A stretch of DNA of 64,000 nt from Candidatus Methylomirabilales bacterium (GCA_046758505.1 JBHIAH010000004.1:27407-91406); one strand, 5' to 3'; counted from the first letter of the stretch, positions 1 through 10,100 are shown. Program-made: numbers and translations. The notes: a model not told the origin generated them from the sequence alone.

Positions 1-104
1 CCGCCGATGCGATTCGCTGCCTCACCCACAAAGACGTCTCCCGCCAGGGCGCCCTGACGGCCCTCGCGGCAATTCGAACAATCATGGGTGAGAAAAGGGG
101 ATAA
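1..104 (+). CDS. 3' end of a probable low-specificity L-threonine aldolase (partial, runs off window)
   Basis: Frame from nt 3 reads ADAIRCLTHKDVSRQGALTALAAIRTIMGEKRG*, resembling the IRxVTHxDVS C-terminus of threonine aldolases; TAA at 102-104. Confidence 0.45.
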   Translation, partial: ADAIRCLTHKDVSRQGALTALAAIRTIMGEKRG

Positions 105-211
105 GTCCAATTATTCAATTCCCAACCCTAGGGACCCGCCCTGGGCTTGTGAGAAAAGGGGATAAGTCCAATTATTCAATTCCCAACCCTAGGGACCCGC
201 CCTGGGCTTGT
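88..211. repeat. Perfect 61-bp tandem duplication containing GGGGATAAGTCCAATTATT
   Basis: 88-148 is identical to 149-209, with no spacer. Confidence 0.95.
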
Positions 212-319
212 CGAAGGGTTGACACAGCGCCCGACGGGAATAAAGTAGCTCCCATGGGGGCTTAGGGGGTACGGGGACAGCAGGATGGGAGAAGTAGGCA
301 CGCGAGACGCCGACAATGC

Positions 320-366
320 CAAAGCACCGGGCGGGCTTGGATAGCTCCCCGGTGCTTTGTGTTTTG
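320..366 (+). terminator. Hairpin with 12-bp stem and T-rich tail (possible intrinsic terminator)
   Basis: CAAAGCACCGGG (320-331) pairs with CCCGGTGCTTTG (348-359), followed by TGTTTT. Confidence 0.45.
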
Positions 367-759
367 GGGCGTACTGGTGGACCACGGGAGGAGTGAGAGG
401 CGTGCAGTGCGACGGTTGGATTCCGTGCCGATGAACCCGAGGAACGGGGATGTCAAGATTCAAGACCTGACCCCACCGACTGGACCTAGCTTTCCACATC
501 ATGCCTAGTGGAAGCCCAGCTTTAGCCAGGCGTCGGATCGAGCAGCCCGTCTGCTTCCTTCGGCGCCCGGTGTGACTTGTCCCGTCTGACTATCACACGA
601 AGGAAAGGGGTAGGCTATTTCTGCCTCGTGCGATATGAGAAGGAGGGGGGTCGTGGGGACGCTTGAGAGAGTGCGCCGGATATGCTAATGTCCTATCATC
701 ACTCGAAAAGTACGCATTCACGAAGGCTTCGCAGGATAGTCATTTTCGGAGGGATGGTG

Positions 760-1182
760 ATGGGATGTATTTTTTGCCAGATCCGCGACGGGCAGATCCC
801 GTCGACCCGGGTTTACGAAGACGACAAGACAATCGCGTTCATGGACATCAATCCGATTAATCAGGGGCACCTCCTGGTCATCCCCAAGAACCACGCCGAT
901 ACCATCTTTGATATTTCTCCCGCGGATCTCGGCGCGATTGCGGCGACGGTCAAAAAGGTGGCGGGGGCGATGCGACAGGCACTCCGGCCCGACGGACTCA
1001 ACCTCTTCCAGGCGAATGGGACGGCGGCCGGGCAGGTCGTTCCACATGTCCACGTGCACCTGATTCCGCGGTGGACGGGCGACGGCAAGGGCTTTGACTG
1101 GCAGCTGGTCAAGGGGGATCCGGACCGGATCAAGGCGACCGCGGAACAGATTCGGACCCACGTCCCGCTGGAAGGCGCGTGA
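760..1182 (+). CDS. HIT family (Hint-like) nucleotide hydrolase
   Basis: CIFCQI N-terminus, GHLLVIPK, QVVPHVHVHLIPR histidine triad; GGAGG RBS at 748-752. Confidence 0.92.
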   Translation: MGCIFCQIRDGQIPSTRVYEDDKTIAFMDINPINQGHLLVIPKNHADTIFDISPADLGAIAATVKKVAGAMRQALRPDGLNLFQANGTAAGQVVPHVHVHLIPRWTGDGKGFDWQLVKGDPDRIKATAEQIRTHVPLEGA

Positions 1183-1414
1183 AGGGGTCCTTCCTTTCCG
1201 CGCTGATCGAGAGGGTGGTCTCCTGCGCCACGTCGATCTTCGTTTCCCCCCGTGTGCAGTGCGTGCGAACCATGTATCCTGTCACCTTTGACTCGGACAT
1301 CGATCGAGTGAAGCCGACGTGTCCCGCCGGGGACCTCCGCCTCCCACCCGCAAACAGTCTGATGTTCCGCGACGGCGTGCCCGCGTCAGGGCGAGGACGA
1401 GGCTCTGGGGGCGC

Positions 1415-2347
1415 ATGATGCGATACCTTTTGAGTAGATGTCGACAGGCCATACCGGTTCTCTTTGGCGTGACGCTCATCACCTTCCTCTTGACCCACGT
1501 GGCCCTTGGAGACCCGGTTCGGGCGATGATGGGCCAGCGTGCAGACCCCGAGATGGTCGCCAGGATCCGAACGGAATACGGCCTCGATAAGCCGCTCTGG
1601 AGCCGCTATACCCTCTACATGGGAAAACTCCTTGTCGGCGATCTCGGGTACTCCTATCGACGGGAGCGACCGGTGAGTCGCGTCCTTGCCGAGCGGCTTC
1701 CGGCCACGGTGCGCCTGGCGGTCGCCGCAATGATCGTGGCAGTGATCCTGGGCATCGGAGCAGGGACCGTCGCTGCAATGCGGCATAACACCCCGTGGGA
1801 TCTCTGCATGATGACCCTCTCCCTCCTCGGGATTTCGACCCCCGTCTTTTGGCTTGGCATGATGTTGATCTTACTCTTTGCGGTCTGGCTGGGATGGTTT
1901 CCGATCTCGGGCTACGGTGACGGAGCCTTCAGTCACCTTGTCCTCCCGGCCCTTACGCTGGGAGCCCTCCAGGCGGGCTACTTCGCCCGGATGACGCGGA
2001 GCGCCCTCTTGGAGGTTCTCCGACAAGAGTATGTTCGAACGGCCCGGGCCAAAGGCCTCACAGAGCGCGTGGTCATCCTGAAGCACGGTCTTCGGAATGG
2101 GATCGTACCGGTCCTCACGCTGGCCGGGATCGGTCTGGGAGATCTGCTCGTGGGGGCGCCCCTGACCGAGACCGTCTTTGCCTGGCCGGGACTCGGCCGG
2201 CTCCTGGTGGCGTCGGTGGGCAACCGTGATCTCCCAGTGGTCTTAGGAGCTACCCTTCTCTTTGCCCTCATCTACCTGGGGGCAAATCTCCTCGTCGATC
2301 TGGCGTACGCACTCGTAGATCCGCGAGTCAGGTTAACGGAGCGATAG
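1415..2347 (+). CDS. Peptide/nickel ABC transporter permease (DppB/OppB family)
   Basis: GDPV...GLDKPL, YVRTARAKGL EAA-like loop, TETVFAWPGLG. Confidence 0.92.
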   Translation: MMRYLLSRCRQAIPVLFGVTLITFLLTHVALGDPVRAMMGQRADPEMVARIRTEYGLDKPLWSRYTLYMGKLLVGDLGYSYRRERPVSRVLAERLPATVRLAVAAMIVAVILGIGAGTVAAMRHNTPWDLCMMTLSLLGISTPVFWLGMMLILLFAVWLGWFPISGYGDGAFSHLVLPALTLGALQAGYFARMTRSALLEVLRQEYVRTARAKGLTERVVILKHGLRNGIVPVLTLAGIGLGDLLVGAPLTETVFAWPGLGRLLVASVGNRDLPVVLGATLLFALIYLGANLLVDLAYALVDPRVRLTER

Positions 2348-2352
2348 GTCCG

Positions 2353-3231
2353 GTGCTCCAACGTCTACGCAAAGCCACACGGCCGTATCGAGGAGGCCCT
2401 GCGGGGAGCCGGCAATGGCACCTCGGAATACTCTTCGGGTCCCTGGTCCTGCTCTTCTTTGGCCTGATAGCCCTCCTGTCCCCCCTTCTCTCGCCGTATG
2501 ACCCGTATCAAATTCCCGAAAGACTGCAGGCGTTCAGTCTCCTCCCCCCGCAAGCGGACCACTGGCTCGGGACCGATTTGTTGGGTCGGGACCTGCTGAG
2601 CCGGATCCTATATGGGGCGCGGGTCTCCCTGGTGGTGGGCATCGTCGTGGAGCTCATCGTGACCCCCGTCGGGGTCACAATCGGCTTGTTTGCCGGGTAC
2701 TTCGGTGGTAGGATCGATGCCATTTTGATGCGCATTACCGATGCGGTCATGGCCTTTCCAGCGCTGGTCTTGGCCATCGCGCTGACCGCGGTCTTGGAGC
2801 GGCCCGGCCTCCTGAGCGTGATTATCGTGCTCACGGCCGTTCGGTGGACGACGACGGCCCGGCTGGTGCGCGGGCAGGTCCTCAGCCTGCGAGAGGCGGA
2901 GCACATCGCAGCGGTCACCGCCCTGGGAGCGGGGAAGGGGAGGATCATCTTTCGGCATCTCCTCCCCAACTGTCTCGCCCCCATCCTGGTGGCCATGAGT
3001 TTCGGCGTGGCCTCAAACATCCTCTCAGAAGCGGGCCTCGGCTTCCTGGGGCTTGGGGTCCAGCCCCCGACCGTGAGCTGGGGGTCCCTCCTCGCCGAGG
3101 GGGCCGTTTATCTCACCGTCAAGCCCTGGCTGTGTATCTTCCCGGGTCTGGCCATCACCGGTACCGTCCTTGGCTTCCATGTGCTGGGGGACGGTCTCCG
3201 CGATGTCCTCGACCCGCGGCTGAGGTCCTAG
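2353..3231 (+). CDS. Peptide ABC transporter permease (DppC/OppC family)
   Basis: [39 protein letters not shown]. Confidence 0.92.
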   Translation: MLQRLRKATRPYRGGPAGSRQWHLGILFGSLVLLFFGLIALLSPLLSPYDPYQIPERLQAFSLLPPQADHWLGTDLLGRDLLSRILYGARVSLVVGIVVELIVTPVGVTIGLFAGYFGGRIDAILMRITDAVMAFPALVLAIALTAVLERPGLLSVIIVLTAVRWTTTARLVRGQVLSLREAEHIAAVTALGAGKGRIIFRHLLPNCLAPILVAMSFGVASNILSEAGLGFLGLGVQPPTVSWGSLLAEGAVYLTVKPWLCIFPGLAITGTVLGFHVLGDGLRDVLDPRLRS

Positions 3232-3234
3232 CTG

Positions 3235-4215
3235 ATGACGCAAGATGGTACCCTGTTGGCGGTGGAGGACCTGCAGACCCACTTCTTCACGGAGGATGGG
3301 GTGGTGCGGGCTGTGGACGGTGTCACCCTCAGTGTCCGACCCGGCGAGACGCTCGGCCTCGTGGGGGAGTCGGGCTGCGGCAAGACGGTCACCGCGCTCT
3401 CCATCCTTCGATTGATTCCCGATCCCCCGGGAAAGATCGTGGGTGGCACCATTGCCTTTGAAGGACGGGACCTCGTGCACCTCCCGGAAGAAGAGCTTCG
3501 AAAGATCCGTGGCAGGGCCATCTCCATGGTTTTCCAGGAGCCCATGACTTCCCTCAACCCGGTTTTTACGGTGGGGGAGCAAGTGGCGGAAGGAATCCGC
3601 CACCACGAGAAGGTCCCCAAGCGCGAGGCATGGGAGCGGGCCGTTCACGTGCTGGGGCGGGTCAAGATTCCCGATCCCGCCCGGCGGGCGCATGAGTACC
3701 CGCATCAGCTCTCGGGGGGGATGCGTCAGCGCGTCATGATTGCCATGGCGCTTGCCTTGGGCCCGAGACTCCTCATCGCGGACGAGCCTACCACGGCGCT
3801 CGACGTGACGATTCAGGCCCAGATCCTCGAGCTGCTCCTCGCGCTCCAGCAAGAGATGAAGATGGCGGTCATGCTCATCACCCATGATCTCGGGGTCATC
3901 GCCGAGACAGCCGACCGCGTGGTGGTGATGTATGCGGGCCGGGTCGTGGAAGAGGCGCCGGTCCAAGAACTCTTTGAGAATCCCCTGCATCCCTACACCC
4001 AGGGCCTGCTGGAATCTCTGCCCAGGCTGGAGGCCGGGAAGGCACGGCGACGCTTGACCGCGATCCCCGGCCTGGTCCCCAATCTCCTGGAGCTCCCAAG
4101 CGGATGCAAGTTTGCCCCTCGGTGCCCCAAGGTGGTGGGGGAGTGCTGGCCTACGGAGCCGGCACTGCGTGAGATCCGGCCGCGCCACCGGGCCCGGTGC
4201 ATCTTGGCGTCGTGA
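3235..4215 (+). CDS. Peptide ABC transporter ATPase (DppD/OppD family)
   Basis: Walker [30 protein letters not shown]-terminal Cys cluster. Confidence 0.93.
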   Translation: MTQDGTLLAVEDLQTHFFTEDGVVRAVDGVTLSVRPGETLGLVGESGCGKTVTALSILRLIPDPPGKIVGGTIAFEGRDLVHLPEEELRKIRGRAISMVFQEPMTSLNPVFTVGEQVAEGIRHHEKVPKREAWERAVHVLGRVKIPDPARRAHEYPHQLSGGMRQRVMIAMALALGPRLLIADEPTTALDVTIQAQILELLLALQQEMKMAVMLITHDLGVIAETADRVVVMYAGRVVEEAPVQELFENPLHPYTQGLLESLPRLEAGKARRRLTAIPGLVPNLLELPSGCKFAPRCPKVVGECWPTEPALREIRPRHRARCILAS

Positions 4216-4221
4216 CGCGCA

Positions 4222-5184
4222 ATGGAACCCCTCCTGACAGTGAAAGGGCTCAAGAAATACTTCCCCGTGAAAAAGGGATTCTGGTTTGGGGAGCAGGCCG
4301 AGGTCCGCGCCGTGGATGGGGTGAGTTTTGTCATTCGCCGGGGAGAGACCGTGGGGTTGGTCGGGGAGTCGGGTTGTGGCAAGTCCACGACGGCGCGCCT
4401 CATTCTTCGGTTGCTCGAACCGACCGCCGGGGAGGTCTACTTTGGAAAGACAGCCGTCTTCCGGGCGGACAAGGAGGAGATGCGTACTCTCCGGCGAAAG
4501 ATGCAGATCGTCTTTCAGGATCCCTACTCATCCCTGGATCCCCGGATGCCGGTTGAGGAGATCGTGGGAGAAGGGCTGACCATCCACCGCCTGGCCGGAG
4601 GCAAAGAGAGGGCAGAACGGGTCGCCGCGCTGCTGGAGAAGGTGGGACTCGGGCGGGAACATCGGGGCCGTTACCCCCATGAATTCAGCGGCGGGCAACG
4701 GCAGCGCATCGGGATCGCGCGGGCTCTGGCGGTGGAACCGGAGCTTTTGATCGCGGACGAGCCGGTATCCGCCCTGGACGTCTCGATCCAGGCTCAGGTG
4801 ATCAACCTCTTCCAAGATCTCCAAAAGGAGTTTGGCCTCACCTACCTGTTTATCGCTCATGATCTCAGGGTGGTCAGGCATATCAGCGAGCGGGTGGCGG
4901 TCATGTATCTCGGGCAGATTGTGGAGCTGGCGGACAGCGACGCCCTCTACCGGAACCCGCTGCACCCGTACACCCAGGCCCTCCTGTCAGCCATCCCCGT
5001 TCCGAACCCACACACCGACCGGCAACGGATCGTCCTCGAGGGGGACCCGCTCGGCCCCATCCAGATCCCGTCCGGCTGTCGATTCCACCCGCGCTGCCCC
5101 CAGCGTTTTGATCGGTGTGACCAGGAGGAGCCGACCCTCCGCGAGGTGTCCCCCGGGCACTGGGTGAGCTGTCACCTGTACTGA
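4222..5184 (+). CDS. Peptide ABC transporter ATPase (DppF/OppF family)
   Basis: [33 protein letters not shown]...VSCH. Confidence 0.93.
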   Translation: MEPLLTVKGLKKYFPVKKGFWFGEQAEVRAVDGVSFVIRRGETVGLVGESGCGKSTTARLILRLLEPTAGEVYFGKTAVFRADKEEMRTLRRKMQIVFQDPYSSLDPRMPVEEIVGEGLTIHRLAGGKERAERVAALLEKVGLGREHRGRYPHEFSGGQRQRIGIARALAVEPELLIADEPVSALDVSIQAQVINLFQDLQKEFGLTYLFIAHDLRVVRHISERVAVMYLGQIVELADSDALYRNPLHPYTQALLSAIPVPNPHTDRQRIVLEGDPLGPIQIPSGCRFHPRCPQRFDRCDQEEPTLREVSPGHWVSCHLY

Positions 5185-5324
5185 GTTGAGGAAGGGGGAG
5201 GGACGCGAATGGTAGGGATCGAACCACCGCACGACCGGAGGCGTGATGCCCAGGCGAGGCTGGCAGACCGTCCGGAACGGTGCTATGGTGGTATGGCGAG
5301 ACCGTCACGCACAGGCGAGTCCAC

Positions 5325-6641
5325 ATGGCGAAACTCAAGCTGATTACCTTTGGCTGTCAGGCCAATGAAGCCGACTCGGAGAAGATCGCCGGCGTCTTGG
5401 CGCCGGAGGGGTTCGAACTCACCGAGACGGCAGAGGAAGCCGACCTCATCCTCCTCAACACGTGTAGCATTCGGGAAAAGGCCGAGCAAAAGGTCTACAG
5501 CCTCCTGGGCACCTTTCAGAAGCTCAAGGCCCACAACCCTCGACTCAAGATCGGTCTCTGTGGATGCTTGGCCCAACGGGAGGGAGATCGGCTCAAGAGT
5601 CGCTTCCCCTACCTGGATCTGGTGGTCGGCCCTGGGGCCATGATCTATCGCATCCCGGAGATCCTGAATGGGGGTGTCGCCCAACCGCTTCTCCCCCGGC
5701 CCAAGGAACCGCTCCCCCTCTATGTGCAGTCACCCCGGCCCCGGCGCACGAGCCCCGTCAAGGCCTGGGTCAGCATCATGGAAGGGTGCAACTACCTGTG
5801 CACCTTCTGTGTGGTGCCTTACACGCGCGGCCCGGAACGGAGCCGCCCCCCCCAGGACATCCTGGCCGAGGTGGAGGAGCTATCGAGGAAGGGCTACGCG
5901 GAGATTACGTTGCTTGGGCAGACCGTGAACGCCTACGGAAAGAACCTGAGGCCTCGGACGCGCTTTGCCGATCTGCTCAGAGCCATCGATGACCTTGCGG
6001 GAGGAGAGATCCGAATCCGCTTCACCAGCTCGCACCCGAGGGACTTCAGCCCGGACCTCATTGAAGCAATCGCAGACCTGAAGAGCGTCTGCGAGCACGT
6101 CCATTTGCCCGTCCAGGCCGGCTCGAATCGGGTGCTCGCGCGTATGCGTCGCCTCTACACCCGGGAGGAATACCTGGCGACGGCCCGTGCCCTCAGGCAG
6201 GCGGTACCCGACCTTGCCCTCAGTACGGACCTGATCGTGGGCTTTCCCGGGGAGAGCGAAGGTGATTTCGAAGAAACCCTGAGCCTCATGCGCGAGGTGC
6301 AATTCGACAGTTCGTTTGCCTTCAAGTACTCACCGAGGCCCCTCACCCCCGCTGCCACGTATTCGGATCAGGTCACCGAAGATATAAAAACGCACCGGAT
6401 CAATATTCTTCTCCAGCTCCAGGATCGGATCGCCCTGGAACGAAATCGTCGCCGAGTCGGCAAGGTCGAGGAGGTTCTGGTGGAGGAGGGGCCCAATCCA
6501 AGGATGCAAAGCGCCGCGACCGGTCGAACGCGACGAAACCAGTTGGTCCACTTCTCATGCGAATGCCTCATCCCCGGGGATACGGTCTCCGCTGTGATCA
6601 CTGAGGCTTATAGCCACTACCTTAAAGGAAAGATTCTGTAA
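5325..6641 (+). CDS. miaB: tRNA-2-methylthio-N6-dimethylallyladenosine synthase
   Basis: UPF0004 N-terminus (TFGCQ..DSE, NTCSIREKAEQK), radical SAM CNYLCTFC, C-terminal TRAM-like region. Confidence 0.92.
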   Translation: MAKLKLITFGCQANEADSEKIAGVLAPEGFELTETAEEADLILLNTCSIREKAEQKVYSLLGTFQKLKAHNPRLKIGLCGCLAQREGDRLKSRFPYLDLVVGPGAMIYRIPEILNGGVAQPLLPRPKEPLPLYVQSPRPRRTSPVKAWVSIMEGCNYLCTFCVVPYTRGPERSRPPQDILAEVEELSRKGYAEITLLGQTVNAYGKNLRPRTRFADLLRAIDDLAGGEIRIRFTSSHPRDFSPDLIEAIADLKSVCEHVHLPVQAGSNRVLARMRRLYTREEYLATARALRQAVPDLALSTDLIVGFPGESEGDFEETLSLMREVQFDSSFAFKYSPRPLTPAATYSDQVTEDIKTHRINILLQLQDRIALERNRRRVGKVEEVLVEEGPNPRMQSAATGRTRRNQLVHFSCECLIPGDTVSAVITEAYSHYLKGKIL

Positions 6642-6718
6642 ATCTTCCGATATGTAAGTTGGCTTACCATTAGGGTCCCCCCCGCAACAGGGGAACGGAA
6701 CAGGGCAAAAGAAAAGGT

Positions 6719-6747
6719 TTGACAGGGGGGGCAATCCTCACTATGAT
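6719..6747 (+). promoter_or_regulatory. Sigma70-type promoter upstream of SPOR gene
   Basis: TTGACA-17 bp-TATGAT. Confidence 0.7.
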
Positions 6748-6783
6748 ACGCAAGGTTGCGTGGACTTTCTTCAAGGAGTGTCT

Positions 6784-7758
6784 ATGAAAAAGTATAACTT
6801 TCTTGAGGAGCCATCCGACCCGTCCGAGCCGACCGGGGACTCGAGCGGGCGCCTGAGTCCACAAGCCAGGCGGTTACTTATCATCGGCGTCGTGGGCATC
6901 ATAGTCGCCGGCGGGCTTTACGTGTATACCACCTATTTTGCTGCGACCCCACCCCCCCCACCTCCTCCCATCGCCTTGCGGGGAAGGCGGGTTCAGCGGC
7001 CGAAGCCTCCGACTCGGGTGACGCCGCCTCGGCTGAGACGGGGACCGGCCAAGCCCCCGGTCCCCGCCACGGCCCCCCAGCCGGCACCGAAAGGGACCGC
7101 AGCGTCTCCACAGCGGGGAACCCTTGGCCAAAAGGCTCCGGGGGTCGCAGCCCCGCCCCAGGTACCGCGCGCCCGGCCCAAGCCAGCACCCCCCCCGATT
7201 GTGGCCGAGAAGCCGGCCCCCAAACCACCACCCGCCCCGGTGGTCGCGGAGAAGCCCACCCCAAAGGCGCTGGCTACGGTGACGAAACCCGTGATACAGA
7301 AGGAAAGGCGATACACCCTTCAAGTCGCTTCTCTGGTTGTAAAAGGAAACGCCCTGTCCCTGATGAAGCGGTTGAAAAAGCTGGGGTACACCCCCGTCAT
7401 TCACAAGACCACTGCCCCCATCACCCGCCACCGAGTGTACGGGGGAGAGTTTACAAGTCGCGAGGAGGCGGAGCAGGCCGCGCGGAGTCTGAACGTCGAC
7501 GGGTTCCCGTCGAACCTGGTGAAGGCGGAAGGCGGGAAATTCGGGCTGGAGGTGGGCTCATCCTTTCGTTTGAATGAGGCCATCGATCTGGCCCGCAGCC
7601 TGCAAAAGAAAAATTACAATCCCAAGATCGTCTCCAAGGCCACCCCCACCTTGCTGCACCAGGTCTGGGTAGGCAAGTTTGAAAACCGCCGGGAGGCCCT
7701 CAAGGCGCTTGAGGGTCTCAAGAGGCACGGGTTCACACCCCTCGTTGTAAAACGCTGA
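6784..7758 (+). CDS. Bitopic membrane protein with Pro-rich linker and SPOR repeats
   Basis: One TM helix, long Pro/Ala/Lys linker with a duplicated PKPxPxPxVAEKP unit, and SPOR-like segments (YTLQVASL, HRVYGGEF, HQVWVGKF). Confidence 0.8.
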   Translation: MKKYNFLEEPSDPSEPTGDSSGRLSPQARRLLIIGVVGIIVAGGLYVYTTYFAATPPPPPPPIALRGRRVQRPKPPTRVTPPRLRRGPAKPPVPATAPQPAPKGTAASPQRGTLGQKAPGVAAPPQVPRARPKPAPPPIVAEKPAPKPPPAPVVAEKPTPKALATVTKPVIQKERRYTLQVASLVVKGNALSLMKRLKKLGYTPVIHKTTAPITRHRVYGGEFTSREEAEQAARSLNVDGFPSNLVKAEGGKFGLEVGSSFRLNEAIDLARSLQKKNYNPKIVSKATPTLLHQVWVGKFENRREALKALEGLKRHGFTPLVVKR

Positions 7759-7839
7759 ATCGGTGTTCGTGAAACGTCTTGGAAACGGGGAGGCGTGTCT
7801 GCGGCTCCGCAGGGCCGGAGCGGAAAGGAGGTGACCACC

Positions 7840-8118
7840 ATGACCAAAGCAGACCTCGCGGCGCTTGTGGCGGAGAAAGGGCTGACAAAAAAACAGGCAA
7901 TGGAGGCGGTGGAGGCAACCTTTGAAGCCTTGAAGGATGCGATGAGCAAAGGGGAAAAGATCCAGTTGGTCGGATTTGGATCGTTTCAGGTCCGGGCCAA
8001 GCGGGCTCGAAAGGGGCGGAATCCACAGACGGGATCAGAGATTGTCATTGCCGCACGCAGGGTTCTCAAATTCAAACCTGGGAAGGCCCTTCAACAGGCG
8101 GTAAACTCCCAGGGGTAG
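7840..8118 (+). CDS. HU/IHF family DNA-binding protein (in the ihfA position before merR)
   Basis: MTKADL...GFGSF...GRNPQTG...FKPGK; AGGAGG RBS. Confidence 0.93.
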   Translation: MTKADLAALVAEKGLTKKQAMEAVEATFEALKDAMSKGEKIQLVGFGSFQVRAKRARKGRNPQTGSEIVIAARRVLKFKPGKALQQAVNSQG

Positions 8119-8136
8119 CCCAGGAGGATACGTAGC

Positions 8137-8538
8137 GTGGCGAACCAGACACGGAGAGACATTTCAACGTCCCGGCGGGAGGCGAGGCGGGGGACGCTGC
8201 GTGCGTCTCCAAAGAGGGAACCGATCCCGGATAAGCTGTACTTCCGCATCGGTGAGGTGGCACGGCTCACCGGTATCCAACCCTATATCCTGCGGTATTG
8301 GGAATCGGAGTTTCCTGTTCTCCAGCCTAAGAAGAGTGGCACCGGCCAGCGACTCTACCGGAAGCGGGACATCGAAATCATTTTGAAGATCAAGGAGCTG
8401 CTTTACGATCAGCGCTATACGATCGCTGGGGCGAGGCGGCGGCTCCAAGATGAGCTGGAACCGCTTGATCTCCTCCAGCAGGTCCAGCGGATCCGGGAAG
8501 GGCTCGAAGCCCTCGGTACACTCCTCAATCGATCGTAG
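8137..8538 (+). CDS. MerR family transcriptional regulator
   Basis: IPDKLYFRIGEVA...LRYWESEFP...RYTIAGAR, the type usually found after ihfA. Confidence 0.92.
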   Translation: MANQTRRDISTSRREARRGTLRASPKREPIPDKLYFRIGEVARLTGIQPYILRYWESEFPVLQPKKSGTGQRLYRKRDIEIILKIKELLYDQRYTIAGARRRLQDELEPLDLLQQVQRIREGLEALGTLLNRS

Positions 8539-8552
8539 CTCCTGGGGAGAAT

Positions 8553-8572
8553 CGGGGCGTGGCGCAGCCTGG
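8553..8572 (+). repeat. 20-bp copy of the tRNA-Pro(GGG) 5' end (direct repeat of 9960-9979)
   Basis: CGGGGCGTGGCGCAGCCTGG occurs at both positions. Confidence 0.9.
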
Positions 8573-8605
8573 GTCCCCCCGATATAGGGGGCGGGCGAAC
8601 GGAGC

Positions 8606-8650
8606 AAAACCCCTCGGTGAGTCGCGGGCTTACCGGGGGGTTTTCTTTCT
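8606..8650 (+). terminator. Intrinsic terminator after merR and the tRNA fragment
   Basis: AAAACCCCTCGGTGAGTC-GCG-GGCTTACCGGGGGGTTTT followed by CTTTCT. Confidence 0.75.
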
Positions 8651-8798
8651 CCCGTTGGCCGAACGAGGGGGGCTTGGGGCGGGCTTCGGGCGGGCGCAGG
8701 CATATGTACGGGCATACCGTCTGACTTACCTTGACGCTCCTGACCCAGGATGCGCATACCGGCAAGCAATCATGCCTGACCGGATTTGGGTCGATTCA

Positions 8799-8814
8799 TG
8801 GCACGAACTTTGAA
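8799..8814 (+). promoter_or_regulatory. Possible sigma54 promoter for the ExeA-like gene
   Basis: TGGCAC-GAACT-TTGAA; consensus is TGGCAC-N5-TTGC, so one mismatch at -12. Confidence 0.45.
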
Positions 8815-8932
8815 TACACCGTACAGTGTGTCGCCTCGCTTTCCATCCCGACGGGGCTGGCCTCGGGGGTTTGGCGCCTTCATATCCACCCGGCGATGGT
8901 GGCGGAACTGGATTGACCAGACGAGGGGATAA

Positions 8933-9766
8933 ATGTACGAAGAGTATTGGGGCCTGAGCCGGGCACCATTTCAGACCGTCCCCGACCCGGATTTTTTCTG
9001 CCTTTTCCCTGCGTACCAAGAGGCCTTGGAGAGGCTCTTCTACGTCGTCGAGTACGGCAAGGGGGCCGCCATGCTTACCGGAGAGATCGGGGCCGGGAAG
9101 ACTACCCTGAGTCGGGTGTTCCTCCTTCGGCTGGACGAGGAGAGGTACGACGTCGGCCTCGTGATCAACCCCGCCCTCCGTCGCGACGAGCTCTTATACG
9201 AGATCGCCCTGCAGCTCGGGACCCCCCCGCCGAAGGACGCGCGAATTTCCATCTTCCGTGCCATCAACGAACGGCTGTTGGCGAACGCCCAGCAGGAACG
9301 CGGGACCGTCTTGATCATCGATGAGGCCCAGACGATCACGCAGAAGGCCGCCCTCGAGGATCTCAGGATGTTGTTGAATTTCCAGTTCAGCGACCGGCAT
9401 CTTCTTTCCATAATCTTGTTCGGGCAGCCCGATCTGCGAGAGACACTCGCCCGGCAGAGGGCACTCGATCAACGGATCGCCATCCGCCTGCACCTCGGCC
9501 CCCTGGGCGTGGTGGAGACCGTCTCCTACATCGAGTTTCGTCTGGAGAAGGCTGGAGCCACCCGGCCGATCTTCACCGACGAGGCAATCAATATCATCCA
9601 TCGGGCGGCGTGGGGAATCCCCCGGAGCATCAACCACCTCTGCGACCTTTGTCTCTTCGAGGGTATGCACAGGAAGGTGACGGAGATCGACGCCTCACTC
9701 GCCAAGGCGGTTCGGGGCGAGTCGGAGACAAGCCGAAGGAAGTACAGGGCAGGCCTTCTCATCTAA
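8933..9766 (+). CDS. ExeA/GspA-like AAA ATPase (stand-alone, no peptidoglycan-binding domain)
   Basis: MYEEYWGL..PF..PDP, Walker A GEIGAGKT, Walker B LIIDEAQ, GQP, GIPRSINHLCD. Confidence 0.9.
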   Translation: MYEEYWGLSRAPFQTVPDPDFFCLFPAYQEALERLFYVVEYGKGAAMLTGEIGAGKTTLSRVFLLRLDEERYDVGLVINPALRRDELLYEIALQLGTPPPKDARISIFRAINERLLANAQQERGTVLIIDEAQTITQKAALEDLRMLLNFQFSDRHLLSIILFGQPDLRETLARQRALDQRIAIRLHLGPLGVVETVSYIEFRLEKAGATRPIFTDEAINIIHRAAWGIPRSINHLCDLCLFEGMHRKVTEIDASLAKAVRGESETSRRKYRAGLLI

Positions 9767-9921
9767 CCCTTCTTCCCACTCCGAGTACGCACCGTGAGCT
9801 TCGGGCACCGTTTCGCTTGCCGAGGGGGCCGACATCACGCATCATTACCGGCACCGGTGGCGTGGAGGGGGCCTCCCGAGGCTGGGAGTTCCCCCGGAGG
9901 TTACGTCGGCCCATTCCCGCC

Positions 9922-9950
9922 TTGACTCACACCCCACAAACCTGTAACTT
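9922..9950 (+). promoter_or_regulatory. Sigma70-type promoter for tRNA-Pro(GGG)
   Basis: TTGACT-17 bp-TAACTT, ending 9 nt before the tRNA. Confidence 0.6.
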
Positions 9951-9959
9951 CTATTGGGC

Positions 9960-10036
9960 CGGGGCGTGGCGCAGCCTGGTAGCGCACTGGCATGGGGGGC
10001 CAGTGGTCGCCCGTTCGAATCGGGTCGCCCCGACCA
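9960..10036 (+). tRNA. tRNA-Pro(GGG)
   Basis: Cloverleaf; anticodon arm CTGGC-AT GGG GG-GCCAG; TTCGAAT T-loop; encoded CCA. Confidence 0.95.
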
Positions 10037-10100
10037 GCTCTCATGTGTAAGAGGGTCCGTGCGTCTTCTGCATTTCCTCGATCAGGACATTTGCGGGCTT

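Noticed and set aside
88-211. Possible CRISPR array
   Set aside because: Only two abutting 61-bp copies, with no spacers and no cas genes.
8553-8640. Fourth tRNA gene
   Set aside because: Only the first 20 nt match; no anticodon arm, T-loop or 3' acceptor strand.
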